From: Eledone cirrhosa
Lineage: Eukaryota
Assembly (NCBI GenBank): GCA_964016885.1
Contig: OZ024741.1
Span: 390,724,001-390,788,000 of the forward strand
Length of the DNA stretch: 64,000 nt
Direction of reading: 5' to 3'
Position 1 is the first letter of the stretch. Each line of letters begins with the position of its first letter. The translations under genes were made by a program, and so were the position numbers. Below, piece after piece: positions 23,991 to 37,447 of this stretch. The notes under the pieces were generated by a model. It worked only from the letters and a program-made list of their open reading frames with translations. It searched no databases and was not told the DNA's origin.

Positions 23991-26900
23991 ATGTAAGTAA
24001 AATTGCATTTGCTTTTAAATGAATTTTTCTTACTATGCTTTATTTTACTAAATATAAATATCATACCTCAATAATATTGTGAAATTGATGCTCTGAAAAT
24101 TTGGATTTTTTTTTTTTTTTTTTTTCTATAATTGAATTGAGATAATTTATTTTGTGATATATGTCCAAGAACTACTTCAGTCATTATTAGTTGTTGTCCC
24201 TGTATGAAACACAACTCACATTGGCGCACTTGGTATATCTCTGGCTGTTACTGCTGCTAAAATTTTAGATTGAACCCAAAAGATAAAATTTGGTTAAAGA
24301 TTCACATACCAACGTGCTATATATATCCATTAGCTCACATGAATGTTGTTCCTTCTTCTAAACACTGCGACCCTATCCTTCCTTAGAATTGTATCACATT
24401 AAAATGAATGGTTTTGTTTAGGTGCCACGACAGATCATGTAGGTGTCACAACAAAAAAACATACAGTCTACACTAATGTGGTCGTGTAGGTAACACAGTA
24501 AAAAGCTTCCAGTCCACACTTTAAATGCCGTTGGTGTTAGGAAGGGCATCCAGCTGTAGAAAACCTGCCAGATAGTCCTATACGAGTGAGACACGGTCAC
24601 CCGACCAATCTTGTTTCAAGTGGGACAACTCCCGTCTAACCCATGCTAATGTGGAAGATGGACGTTAAACGATGTTGATGATGATGAATCGGGCAGTTTC
24701 ATGTGGTTTAGTATCAAAAGGGTTAATATGGAATTTCGCGTGATTTGTTTGTATTTAATTGGGGAAGATTGCTTATGTTTGGTGCAAGTTATATACAACT
24801 GTGTCATTAAGATGCATGCATAGTTCCGTAACTTCTGGGGAAGTTGTAGGTGCATTGTATTGACTTGCAGTGTTTCTAGGGCATCTTTAAGCCTGGCAAA
24901 GCCCATCTCCACTCCAGGCTTGAATACAGCAGATTTCCTCCAGAAAAGGATAGAGTGAGAGAATGGAAGAAAGATATAGAGGAAGAATCAATCACCAGTA
25001 CTAGACTGGTACTTTTTTTATTAATCTCAAAAGGATGCAAGGCAAAGTTGACCTTGGCAGGATTTGAATTCGGAGAGAAGAAAGTTGAAATGAATACTGC
25101 AAAGCATTCTATCTGACGTTCTAATGACTTTGTCAATTCATCACCTGTCATTGAGATAGTCATGTATAGATAGTGGGTCATTAGAATGACAGAATTGAAG
25201 ATATGATGATTCCTTGGGGATTGTGGAGTTAACTAGAAACATCATCACTATATGCAAATATTGTACAGATGGAGAAAGATTTTTAATTAATTCTAAGTAT
25301 TATTGGTCAAAAAGATGTTTGATTACCCCACTCATTGTTGAGTCACTGGTTGAAATCCTCTCATAAGAACTGTATTGTCTTCTTTTGTAACACATTCTCT
25401 TTTTCTTTGGTTTCTCTCCAACTGTAAGATAGTTACAATCTTTATCTTCTTTATAATGACTCAGCTGTAGAGATGAGTGTTGTGAAAGCACAGCTGGACA
25501 AATTTCAGGAAGCTATTACTCTTGGAAAACAAGGGTTTACCTCTGAGTGAGAGACAGGCTGTATGGACTACAGTACTACACAGGGTAGTGAGATGTGGCT
25601 GCTAAATGTGATGGCTGGAAAGAAATGAAGCATGTTTTGCTGAATGTGTACTGTCAGAATGATGCACAAATATGCTGAAATGAAACCAAGGTTTTAGAAG
25701 TCTTGGCTGTAGTGTACAAGACAGATGACTGTGCTGGTATGGATTTGATGCATATGAACAATGATAGTGTGACATGGTACGTGAAAGATCAAAGGTGTAG
25801 GTGGAAATGGTGAGGTTTGATTTCCAGATATGGTTCCTCACAAAGATGATAATAAAGGCTGCAGCAAGTAGAGAGATACGATTGATTCATTTAATCCATG
25901 TCACTCAGGGAAAGCAGAACATAAAAATGATGGTAATATGCTTATTCACACTATCCTCTTCTATGCAAGCTGGAAGTTTTTTTACTGCTTTTGCCTTCAC
26001 TGCATAGTCCTGTGCTCCAAAACTACTCATCACTACTGGATCGATTCAGAGGTTAACTTTGTCTTTCAACCATTCAAAGTCGATAAAGAGTACCAGTCTA
26101 GTACTGGGGTTGATTCTTCCTCTATATCTCTTTCTCATTTCCATTCTTTCACTCTTTCTATCCTTGATGCCGTGAATGTTGGTGTAGACATTAAAAAATG
26201 TGGATTTGCATGATCAAGTCAAAACTTAAGCTAATATCTGATCTGTGCATATCATCATCATCATCATCATCATCACCGTTTTACGTCCGTTCTTCCACGC
26301 TAGCATGGGTTAGACGGGTTGTCCTGTTGTGGGCAGTGTCTAGTCGGCTGACCATGCCTTGCTCATACAGGAACTGATCTGGCTTGATTTCTACAGCTGG
26401 ATGCCCTTCCTAACACCAACCTCATTTACAGTGAGTGCTGGGTGCTTTTTCGTGGCGCCTACACGTCCACTTTACAGTGTGGGCTGGGTGCTTTTTTGCC
26501 GTGGCACCTCCACGACCACCTTGCGGTGGGGGGGGGGGGAGCATATTGTTTATATGCTTCAGCATGTACCCATGGGAGGTCGGGTACCCTGTATTACTGC
26601 GTGACGCCAGAAGTCACGGTCGTGTGGTATTTATTATTGGAATCATGACTGGCTGACAATATCTGCATCATCAGATACTTATAATTGCTGTGCATATGCA
26701 GCCTCTGTTCATGATACTCTAAATGCTTTGGTTGAAGCTGGTTCAACCCACCCTTGGTGAATGCCAGCACAAGTACAAGATGATGACTACTATTTGTAAA
26801 GATATTCATTTATACAGTTGTTTACTTCAAAAATACATACATTCTTCACCCATATTAACAGCATAATACAAACTGTTCAGTTTTAACACTTTCATTACTG

Positions 26901-27161
26901 TATCTCTAATAAAATATAGTTTCAACTAATTAATGAAAAATGTTGATGGATTCATTAAAATAAATTATTTCATTACTAATATAGTAACTTAGCATATTGT
27001 TTCCACATGAAACTGGAAGATTTTAATTAAAATAGACACTTTTAAAATGGGTAGTATTGTTTCATAGAATGAAGGGTAGTTTCTATCAGTTTGGTGTAAA
27101 AAGAGTTAAGGTAGCATCTATAATACTGACCTGGGGAAATAATCTCTGCAATCCTCTACAT

Positions 27162-27522
27162 CAAGTGTGGGCAAACTTTTTGGATTGGGGGCCACATTGA
27201 CTGGGTCATGAACACCAGAGGGCTGCACCATTTATTATTGGATATAGTGTGCTAGTAACCTTACTTTTCTTCAGTTAGAATTTAGAAAATATTAAATATA
27301 AACTGCATGATTATAATACATTTAATAAAATGATTAAATACAAAAATTTTAAAACAAAGTTTTCTTTTAATTTGTGTCTGTACATCACAAAACATTAAGT
27401 ATTATATACGAAAATTTGTCGATTTTTATTTTTTTTATTAATTCGTCGAATGCTTCCACGGGCTGCACAAAACTCTTTGGTGGGCTGCATTTGGCCTGCG
27501 GGCCATAGTTTTCCCACCCCTG
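27162..27522. mobile_element. hAT (Charlie-like) MITE
   Basis: TIRs caagtgtgggcaaac / gttttcccacccctg; 8-bp TSD ctctacat/ctctatat. The empty site is preserved in the inverted copy at ~40460-40475. Confidence 0.8.
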
Positions 27523-27564
27523 CTCTATATCAATGTATTGCTTATATTTTGTTTTCTTTTTTAG

Positions 27565-27628
27565 GAGGGGGAAAACCCCAAAGAAGAAATTTGCATTTAC
27601 TGGAATATCTGTTACAGAACCTGTGGAG
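27565..27628 (+). CDS. KIF23: KIF23 exon 2 (RGKTPKKKFAFTGISVTEPVE)
   Basis: ttttag|...|gtgaag, 64 nt, phase-consistent. Confidence 0.85.
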
Positions 27629-29072
27629 GTGAAGTTTTATGCATTTCTTTTACTATCTAGTTCTGCATAGTTATTTTTAAAATTCTGATACTAGCAGAAA
27701 TGAGGTTAGAGTTTTTATTAGATAGAGGATAGAGAACCTAGTGATTATCATCAATCCTTTTAAGCAGTTTCATCATCATCATTTTACATCTGTTGTTCCA
27801 TGCTTGCATGGCTTCTCAGTACAGCATCTCTCCACTTTTTGCTTTCCTTTGTCATCTTCTCTATGAGATTTTGTAATCTGAGATCAGCTCTCACCACATC
27901 CATCCAGGTTTTCCTTGGTCTTCCTCTACTGTGGCTTCCTTCCACTGAAAAAGAAACATAAAAAAGGCATAATTGATTTTAAATAATTATGTTTGAAAAA
28001 GGGAGCAAGATGTTTAGATGATTAAATGAGAGATGAGTTACTAGTATTTATTGGTGGTGGATGAATTCATCAGGATTTGAAGAACTGTTTATATTGTCTT
28101 CACTGCTTTATACAGCTGATTGCCAAATGTTATTCATTTGGGGCAATAAAAGGACGTTTTCTGGAGATTGATGCAATCAGAGAAATTAAGTGTATAGTTC
28201 AACATATTAGAATCTAAATCTAGTCATATGAAAATAAACAAAAATAAAATGTTTAAAGTCTGTCACAAGCCTGAAGGCTCATCAGGTCGGTGCTTATTTC
28301 AGTTTCTGTGTTGTAAAGTGACTGAGAAAAAGACTTTCCCCTGGACAGGGCACCATTCCATTGCAGGGTTAGACCCCTGCCAGCTCAAGAACACAACACA
28401 CAATCCAGTTCAGAAATTGAACCCACTGTGTTATGATCATAAGCTCAGCACCTTTACCACTAGGCCATATGAAAATAAGGTATGAAATATCTAATTTCCT
28501 GCGGCCTGCAAGTGTAGATAAGAGCTCATCACCCAGTCCAAGATTGAACCCCATAACCTTATGATTATGAGTCCAACATGCTATAAACAATAGTCTGCAG
28601 ATTGTTTGGGTTTAGTGAATAAAATCTTGCATAGTTTAGACAACTTTTACAGTTACCTCAAAAGGCTATGAACTGCAGTAGTGAGCGAGTTAAAATGAGT
28701 TCGAATACCCTTGGCAATTTGATCAGTTTTAGGACAGTCCATTCTGTAAAGTGAGTGCTGGTACCATGAAAAAATGCACTCACTACACTCTGTAAAGTAG
28801 TTGATGTTAGGAAGGGCCTCCAGCTTATAGAAACCATGCCAAATAGGGAACGCACGAGCAAAATGTGGTCTAGCCTCAGAACATGACAACCCGTCCAACC
28901 CATAACTGTGGAAAGCAGACTAAAAACGATGATGATTATGGTTCAAGCAGTAGAGCGATAACATAAGATTGGTGATTTTATGATTGAGAAAATAAAATGT
29001 CTAATAGAAATTTTTATAGATATCTCTGTAAAATGCATTGATAGTTTTGTAAATGTTAAAATATTTTCACAG

Positions 29073-29165
29073 GTCTACTGTCGTATTAAACCAGCTGATG
29101 ACCCCACTAGTGTATGTCTGGAAAGTGTATGTGATAACCAGATACGGCTGACACAACCTGTTGAT
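29073..29165 (+). CDS. KIF23: KIF23 exon 3 (VYCRIKP..., start of motor domain)
   Basis: cacag|...|gtaagt; VYCRIKP is the kinesin beta1 motif. Confidence 0.9.
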
Positions 29166-29259
29166 GTAAGTAACTTTTTCTTCTTCGTCCACTTATTCAT
29201 AAATGTATACATGTGTATGTCTTTGTATATGTATGTTAGAGTGTATGTGAGTGTGTATG

Positions 29260-29773
29260 TGTGTTGACTGACATAACGATATTTTCTTTAGTCATCTATA
29301 GTAAACCACCACCACCACGAAGTCACATTTTGTATATGAGTGTGCACTCAGACAATTAAACACACACATCTATACATACAGATATATGTGATGACAGACA
29401 GGTGTGCGTGAATGTATGTCTGTGTGTGTCTGCCTTAGTATAGGTATGTGAGTGAGTGTATGTGTGATAATCTTTATTTTCATTTGGATTAAAACAATAG
29501 GATGTCGCATTTTGCATATGCCTGTGTTTGTGTGCGTGTTCATTAGGTACGTTATTAAATACACACATACAATGAATATTGTTTACTCTAAGGTGCTCCA
29601 AGATTGACATTTTAATTTCTAAATTATATTATCATTACAATTTTTATATTTTTAAAATAAAATATAGATATTTTGAAATAATTATGAGAAAAAAAAACAT
29701 ATCTTCATATTTATTGTTTACTAATCTGAATAAGAAGAGCAGTAACCCGGGCAACGCCGGGTAATTCAGCTAG
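29260..29773 (+). mobile_element. Non-autonomous Helitron (3' part)
   Basis: 3' hairpin CCCGGGCAACGCCGGG followed by CTAG|T; shares blocks with 40610-41030. Confidence 0.65.
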
Positions 29774-31028
29774 TCTATAATAAAATTTAAATATTTTAAT
29801 GTATTAGGAACCAATTAGAATTTAATTGTTGATTTGGATATGATAATTTTTGTGATAATTGTTGATTTGGATATGATAATTTTTGTATTGAAATAGAAAT
29901 CAATAAGCTATTAAAAACAAATTGTCATCACTGTTTTCTATGCTGGCATGGGTTAGACAGATTGTCACCAGACAGGTTGGATGACCACATACTGCTCAAA
30001 CGTTTCAGTTTGGTATGGTTTCTACAGCTGGATGCCTTTCCTAACCATTTTTATTGTGGCATCAATCAGCACTACCACTTTATAGAGAGGAGTAGGTGCA
30101 TTTTATCATAGCACCAGCACTACCATTGTATATAATTTAGGAGTAAATTAAATTATCTAAAAACAGGTTTGTTCATTCAGATGTTTATACTGTTTTTACT
30201 AGTCATTGCGAGAATTTGTAGCATTAAAGATTTTGATTTGATGCAATTTCAGAGCTTTATTGTACTTTTCAAGAGTGTCTGGCAGAATTGGTAGAGCGTT
30301 GGATAATATGCAATTGTGGTATTTGTTCTGGCTCTTTACATACTGAGTTCAAATCCTGCCACAGTCAACTTTGCCTTTCATTCTAGGGTTGATAAAATAA
30401 AGTACCAGTCAAGTACTGTGGTTGATATAATCAACTTTGCCCACCTCCCATATTTACTAGCCTTGTGCCTAAATTAGAAATCAGAAGTGAGTTTTCTAAA
30501 TTTTGATGTTATGTCTGTGAACACACAGATTAGTGGTCAGTGTGGGTTTGATTACTGGACCAGGTGGTACATTGTGTTCTTGAGCAAGACACTTCATGAT
30601 AGTTCACTTTTCATGATAGTTCTGGGGCTCCTATCATTAAAAAATACCCTATAATATGCAAGCTCACTTTGTTTTCAAAGCACAGCTGAGGCACCACCTT
30701 TGCTGCTTAATTCTTTTTCTTTTCATTTTTTTTGTTCGTTTTAATAGTGTTTTGTTTTTGTATAAGCAGCTTTGTATACATATTTGTTGGAATAGAGCCA
30801 TTAGAGGTCACTATGTGCATTTTTTTTAGCTGATTGCATTTACTGCTAGAAACAAGTCAGAGGCCAGCTAAACCTGAATAGGTGTGAGGTATAAATTTCA
30901 TTTCATTTTTTCATGTTACGAAATGAAAGATCTCTAAAGACATATATAATAATTGCTTAAATGTTTTAACAAATGTTCATTATTTTGTTTTTAATTCTAC
31001 ATAATTGTGTATTATTTTTTTCTTTCAG

Positions 31029-31055
31029 GGAACCCGACATACACAACCAAGAGAA
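31029..31055 (+). CDS. KIF23: KIF23 exon 4, 27-nt microexon (GTRHTQPRE)
   Basis: Long pyrimidine tract tttcag|...|gtaaat, phase 0-0; fills the loop between exons 3 and 5. Confidence 0.65.
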
Positions 31056-31799
31056 GTAAATATGTGTTTGTTATAGTTTAATTTCTATTTTTATGAACAT
31101 ATACAAACCTACAGATGTGAGATTATATTTCATTATCATAGGGGAGTATATGATAGCATATACATGTTAATATATTATGAACATATAAGAGTCTTGCTAT
31201 GAATGTTTTAAGCTGTGATCATGTCGCAGCTATCTAAGTAGCCAGTGAGAATGCCAAACAACTGTTTCTGTGGTTTTTATCCTTCATCAGTGGCATTTAC
31301 TCACTCAGTACTGGGACAAGAATAAGCTAAAGCCTATATAGTTTTTGCATATGAAATATCGATTGGGGATTCCCATTTGCATATAGAGTGAACTTGACTA
31401 GCTAAGATTAATTAGTGGTACCCATATCATTTACAGACAGCCATATTATATATGCTTTCATATACACCCTTGTTATGAACCATGCTATGTTAGTGCTACT
31501 GCTAATTACCATTATCGTCTTATGTCTGTTATATACATAATACACAAAAGTAATACATTGATTCTGAGGCACCTCTTGTTTCGGTTGTCAGAAAAATAAT
31601 TATTCTAAGAAAATATTTTAGTCAATAAGAATTGTTTCCCTTTATATTATGTTTTTACTGACATTATCACAAGTATTCCCTGCTAGCAAGACTGGGAACT
31701 ATGTGTAGATTTGCAGTTGTGAGGCTATTTCACTTCACTTCCAAAATTGGAATCGTAGCACTTTTGATGCCACACCTGGTTCTACGATAAAAAAACAAA

Positions 31800-33025
31800 C
31801 AGTTTAATAATAATGAAAATATTATGTACAGTGCTCAGGTGCACTACAACTCATCAAAAGTGTATGTATAGTACATAGGGTAATGTACAAACGTCAGGAA
31901 AATGAACAGAGCATGAGTCATGATATACACGTGTGCATGTGTATGGCAGGGGTACATCAGGTGTAGTTTTGGCGAATTTCGGGAAGCATGAGGGTTTTAA
32001 AGGATGCAGTGTCCCTGCAGCTAACAACTGACGCAGGCAGTTTGTTCCATGCTTCAGCAACTCTGAACGTGAAAAAATGTTTCCGAAAGTCATGGGAGCT
32101 GTGGTGTTTTCTGACTTTGTAGGCATGTCCACGTATGTTAGACACATGGAGATCAAAAAGGTGCTCAGGATTGTTGTTGGCGAGATGGTTAATAACTTTG
32201 TGGGTGTTTACCAAGTCCATTGCCAGACGTTGGAGCTCCAATGAATCTATGCCCTGGGAAGCAAGGCGTTCAGAGTATGGTAGATGTCTGATGGAGGGTA
32301 TGCGCTTGGTTGCACGTCTCTGAACAGTTTCCAGGAGGTCAATGTTCTGAGCAAGATAGGGGTTCCAGACTGATTATGCGAATTCCAAGTGTGGTCGTAC
32401 GATAGCTGTATATAGCTTTAAATAGATGGCTGGAGAGCAGCTAACAAAGGTTTTGCTCAGTGATGCCAAGACACCCTCAGCCTTCTTGACAATTTTAGAG
32501 ATGTGCTTTGTCCAACGCAAATCGCTGCTGACAGTAATGCCCAGGGCACGTTTACAAGAGGACTTCTTGATATCAGTCTTGTGGAGGGAGTATGTGGACG
32601 CTGGATTTTTCCTCCCAAAATGCATGGTGGTACACTTGTCCACAGCCAGCTTCAGTTGCCAGTCTGTGATCCATTGCTGCATTGTGTCCAGGTCTGATTG
32701 TAGGAAAGAGTTATAGATTTCAGGATCTGTCCTTTTGATTTCAAGGTACAGTAACACCATCAAGACCAGGGGAGGCATAGTTGCGCTTATTCTTAAGGAG
32801 ACGTCACAGCATTGCAGGTGTAAATTCCATAGTTGTTATGGAATTTGATGTTAGAGATGGTGGAGATGGTACATTCTGGTTTTCAACAGTAAAAATGCTT
32901 GCATAGCACTCAGCAATGAGTTCTGCGCATTCTTTGGGATCGTCAGTGATCTGGCTTGTGTGGGGATTGCAAAGAGGACCAACTGGAGCGTGAGGTCTCT
33001 GCTTATATACTATACTATATACTAC
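31800..33025 (-). mobile_element. Second CR1/L2-type LINE copy with internal deletion
   Basis: ORFs 31957-32241 and 32374-32778 are homologous to 7490-8404; same 3' end. Confidence 0.9.
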
Positions 33026-33626
33026 CAAAACTCTTTGATTGTGTGCTTGTCTGTAATTTAATAGTCAAAACGGTGCATAATGGGAAAATACTTTGCAAGG
33101 AAGTTGCCCCTGAAATGGGAATACAAATGGAATAAAACAAGTTTTGCGTAAATCGGAGCACTTTTAATGTTCCAAACACCAGATAAATCATGAGAAAGTT
33201 ATTTTACTAAATTCCTTCAAATTCTTTGAATATCTTAGGCAGTGTACTTCATTAAAATTATAGTAACAAAACTGTTATGAAATAATGTGGGCATATGGCC
33301 TAATGGATAGGATTTTGAATTCATCATCATAAGGTTTTGGATTTGACTCCTGGACAGGGTCATATATTGTGTTTTTAAGACACTTCATTTCATGAGAGGA
33401 CTGAGAAACCTGAGATGAAATCTCATAGGAGGCCAACTAAACCTGCATAGGTGTGAGCGGTAAATTTTATTTATTTTTTATTGTTGCAAATTATTGACTA
33501 TTTTCATTAAAAATATGGTAATAAAAGTGTTAAGAAGGGAGATTCTGTAATTGTAGAAACCTCTTTAAATTGTTTCCTCTTATGGTTTTTAGCTAATGAT
33601 TTGTATTTTGAATTTTTTTTTTTCAG

Positions 33627-33732
33627 TTCTTGTACACATTCCAGCAAGTCTTTAATGAATGTTCATCACAGAAAGAGGTGTTTGATGTGGTTGCTTTGCC
33701 TCTTGCTGAAGATCTTATTGCTGGTCGTAATA
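33627..33732 (+). CDS. KIF23: KIF23 exon 5 (FLYTFQQVF...SQKEVFDVVALPLAEDLIAGRN)
   Basis: tttcag|...|gtaagt, 106 nt. Confidence 0.92.
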
Positions 33733-34228
33733 GTAAGTTGTTCGCTTTAACGTTTCTAATTTGTTCTGTAAATTTTTGCAATTATGCTTGAGGACTGAGT
33801 GGAGGAAACAATCATTAAATTGTTAATCATGATGATGGCTTTGAAAAATATATTTATAGAGAATTTGATATCGTTATTGGGTTTATTATTATTTCAGACA
33901 AAAAGGTGGTTTGGCAGTATTGGGAGAGCATCGGACATGTTTCACGTTATGTTTCATAGTTATAGTCTTTTATGTTCTGAGTTCAAATCTTGCTGAGGTT
34001 AGCTTTGCCTTTCATTCTTATGGAGTCGATAAAATAAAGTACCAGTAATGCACTGGGGTCAATTTAATCGACTTTCTGCTCCCCAAAATTGTTGGTCTTG
34101 TGCCTAAATGAGAAACCATCATTATTTTAGACATCCACCAAACAATTCTCATTCCCCCCTCCTCCCAGCCTTCTTTCTTTCTAATATACCAAGTAACATT
34201 ATTCATCTTCATACTACAAGACAAAATA

Positions 34229-36696
34229 CAGTGGGTCCTTGATATACGGTAGTTCTTTATCCGGTAAATTCACAGATACGGTTTTGGGTAATTACTACCA
34301 TCAATTCTATTTACGGTAAAAAAAATTCAGATACGGTTTTTGGTCGTGTTTTGTTTATATTGTACCGTAGCGCCACCTGTAGTAAGCAATAAATTCCCCC
34401 TTGAATTCGTGGAAACTGATTGCTATTCGAATTCTAGGAAAATTGTGTTAGTACTGCTATCGTACTAACTGACCTTACCGAGAAACTGGCCAATCACGAG
34501 CGAGTTCAGATATCGATCGATGACGTCATAACTCTTAGCTGATTACTTCAGTTCGGCAAACTAGCGTGTCTTCTCAGTGAGAGAATTTTTGCCGAACTGA
34601 AGTGATCAGTTAAGAGTTATGACGTTATTCAAAGTAAGAGAAAACTCGACGGCATGTTTTTGAAGCATAATTATCACGGCATATCTTATAACCCCATATC
34701 TCATGGCCCCAAAACGCCCTGTGTATATTCCTGATGCAGATGGAAACGCCAAACGCATGAGGAAGAGCCTGACTTTGGAGATAAAGCTGGACATTTTGAA
34801 AAGGAAGGAACAGGGGCAAGGTACGTCCGCCATAAGTGGTAACTTAGGCCTAGCCCAGTCTGGACTGTTTTAAAAAAATAGTGAGGCTGTCAAAAAAAGC
34901 TGGGGAGAATACTACGAGTCTACAGAGTAAATTGTTGACCAAACATCGTGAGCCGATTATGGATAGGATGGAAAAGTTGCTCAAAATTTGGATCGACGAC
35001 CAAAATCGTCAAAATATGCCTCTGCCTTTAAATATAATCAGTGAGAAAGCATTGTCCATTATTGACAAGCTCAAGACTGAAATGGGGGTGGAGAACTTTG
35101 TATTCAAGGCAAGCAAAGGCTGGTTTGATAAGTTCAAACGATGTTCGAGTCTTCACAACATAAAAGTTACAGGTGAGGCTGCCAGTTCCGATAAAGAGAG
35201 TGCTGAAAATTTCAAGGCAGAGTTAGAGAAATGCATTGCAGAGAAGGGGTACAGAAAAAAGCAGGTTATTAATTATGATGAAGCAGGACTTTATTGGAAA
35301 AAGATGACCAGTAATACCAGTAATTGACAAGGAGGAGAAAAGTGCAAAGGGTTTCAAAGCCTCAAAGGACCGCGTTACTCTGTTACTTGGAGGGAATGCA
35401 GAAGGAGATTTAAAGCTAAAGCCACTCATTATCTACCATTCTGAAACTCCAAGAGCACTCAAGGGGTTACTTAAGCAATACCTACCAGTGATATGGAAGT
35501 CTAATAAGAAGGCATGGCTGATCACTTCAATTCACTAGGATTTTTTCACCTCATATCTGTCACCAACCCTTAAGGAATATGCATTAGCTAACAACATTGA
35601 CAACTATTTTCTGATTTAAAGCCTCCAGCCACCCATGGGCAATGGAAGACTGGTCAGAAAATATTGAGGTTTGTTTCTTCTCCCCCCCCCCCCCCCAACA
35701 CCACATCTCTCATTCAGCCGATGGATCAAACAGTCATCAAAACATTTAAAGCATACTACCAGCGGAGAACCATGCAGCAGCTGATAAAGGGCAGATTGGC
35801 CTGACAAGCCCACGATCAGGGAATGGTGGAAATTGTACAACATCAAGGCATCTTGGGAAGAAGTGATGCAGCCTACCATGAACTTGGCCTGGAAGATATG
35901 GCCAGCATGTGTGAATGACTTCCAAGGCTTTGCTGAGGACATTGGTGCGATAAAAAAAGATATTGTAAATCTCTGCCATAGAGCTGGCTTCGATGGTGTT
36001 AATGATGATGATGTGCAAGACAAAGCCACGCTGAACCACTCTCCAATGGTGAACTCATAGAACTAGACAAGGCAATACAGGAGACAGAAAAAGAAGAAGA
36101 GGAGGACGAAGAACCTGTGTGTGGCTTGGACATAAAAGCTCTAAGAGAATGTCTCGGGAGTATCGAAACAATCTTAGAAACCCTGAAGGAGCGTGACCCC
36201 AACCCTGCTAGGAGCAGCAAAGTGGCTCAAGATGTCGAGAAAAGCGTCAAGATTTACCAAGAAATGTATGAAGCCAAAAGAAACCGCCAAACAGTCCTCC
36301 ATCTACTCTTTCTTCAAGCCAGTCACACCTGCCAACCATGCTACAGCTGGCCCTTCAATATCCACTGCAGTCAACGAGTTTGTTGGTTTTGAGCCTCCCA
36401 CATCACCTTCATCCTCCCCTGCCAACTCAGCCCAAGATGAGTAAGAGCTGAAACCCATACTGTCCCTTAGCCTCGGGAGGGACAAATGAAGTGGCACATC
36501 ATCTGATGGACTACACGGCATGTGTAAGGTACAGTAAATAAAAAAAAACATTATTTCTTTTCTGTAGGGATGACTTTTTCGATGTGCTGGAACGCATCCC
36601 TATCTATTTCATGTTACAATGAGTTCTTTATACGGTAATTCGATATACGGTAAGGATTTTAGGAACGCATATATACCGTATATCGAGGACTCACTG
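34229..36696 (+). mobile_element. Full-length Tigger/pogo DNA transposon with pseudogenised transposase (~34703-36444)
   Basis: 23-bp TIRs CAGTG(G/A)GTCCT(T/C)GATATACGGTA with TA TSD. HTH/CENP-B (FKASKGWFDKFK) and DDE motifs (NYDEAGLYWK, KDRVTLLLGGNAEG, QPMDQ) present with frameshifts. Confidence 0.95.
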
Positions 36697-36831
36697 TATA
36701 TCATTTTGCTTACTTTTTATTCATAATTTTTCAATTAAGAAATTGAAGTCAATTTTTACCTATAGATGATGAAATTGAGAAATATATTATATGAACACTT
36801 GAGAAATTATCTTTTTTTCTTTATTTGTTAG

Positions 36832-36968
36832 CTCTTCTGTTCACCTATGGTGTGACTGGGTCTGGTAAGACCTACACCATGACTGGTAGTCCAAAAGATC
36901 AAGGTTTATTACCAAGATGTCTTGATGTCATCTTCAACACAATTGATCATCATCAGGCAAAAAAATAT
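36832..36968 (+). CDS. KIF23: KIF23 exon 6 (P-loop GVTGSGKT)
   Basis: [35 protein letters not shown]; GT-AG. Confidence 0.95.
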
Positions 36969-37331
36969 GTAAGAAAACTTTCTATTTCCTTCTGTAATGT
37001 TTTGTTTTATTTTTTGGAAAACATTGACTGGTGCTTCGGTTGTTCACACTGGAGTCCTAGACCACATTCATAAAACTGTTACTTGGCTAATCAGTATAAA
37101 ATTATTCAGTGACACTCTCCAGCCTCTGGTTCACAGATGTACTGACTCTTCTACCATTATTACAACAGTTCTTACTCTTTGTAGCTTCAGACCGGCACTC
37201 CTGACTCACTTGTCTTTCCTTCACTTAACACCCATGTTGTGCCCAACCGTCTATCTCTATTCCTTCCTCTTTAGAACATTATTAGAAATTTATTTTATTC
37301 TTATTATTAAAAAAAAAATCTATTCCAACAG

Positions 37332-37447
37332 GTTTTCCAGCCTGACTACCAGAATGGTTTTACAGTTCAAAGTGAAGCTGATGCAATGGCAAAACTCCAA
37401 GATGATATCATGCCCTCTCGTTCAGATTGTCCAAAGACTCCTAAAAA
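37332..37447 (+). CDS. KIF23: KIF23 exon 7 (kinesin-6 loop-6 insert)
   Basis: VFQPDYQNGFTVQSEADAM...KTPK; donor gtaaaa gives the correct phase for exon 8. Confidence 0.8.

Noticed and set aside
34703-36444. Domesticated TIGD-like gene
   Set aside because: Multiple frameshifts and stops with intact TIRs and TSD indicate a dead transposon.
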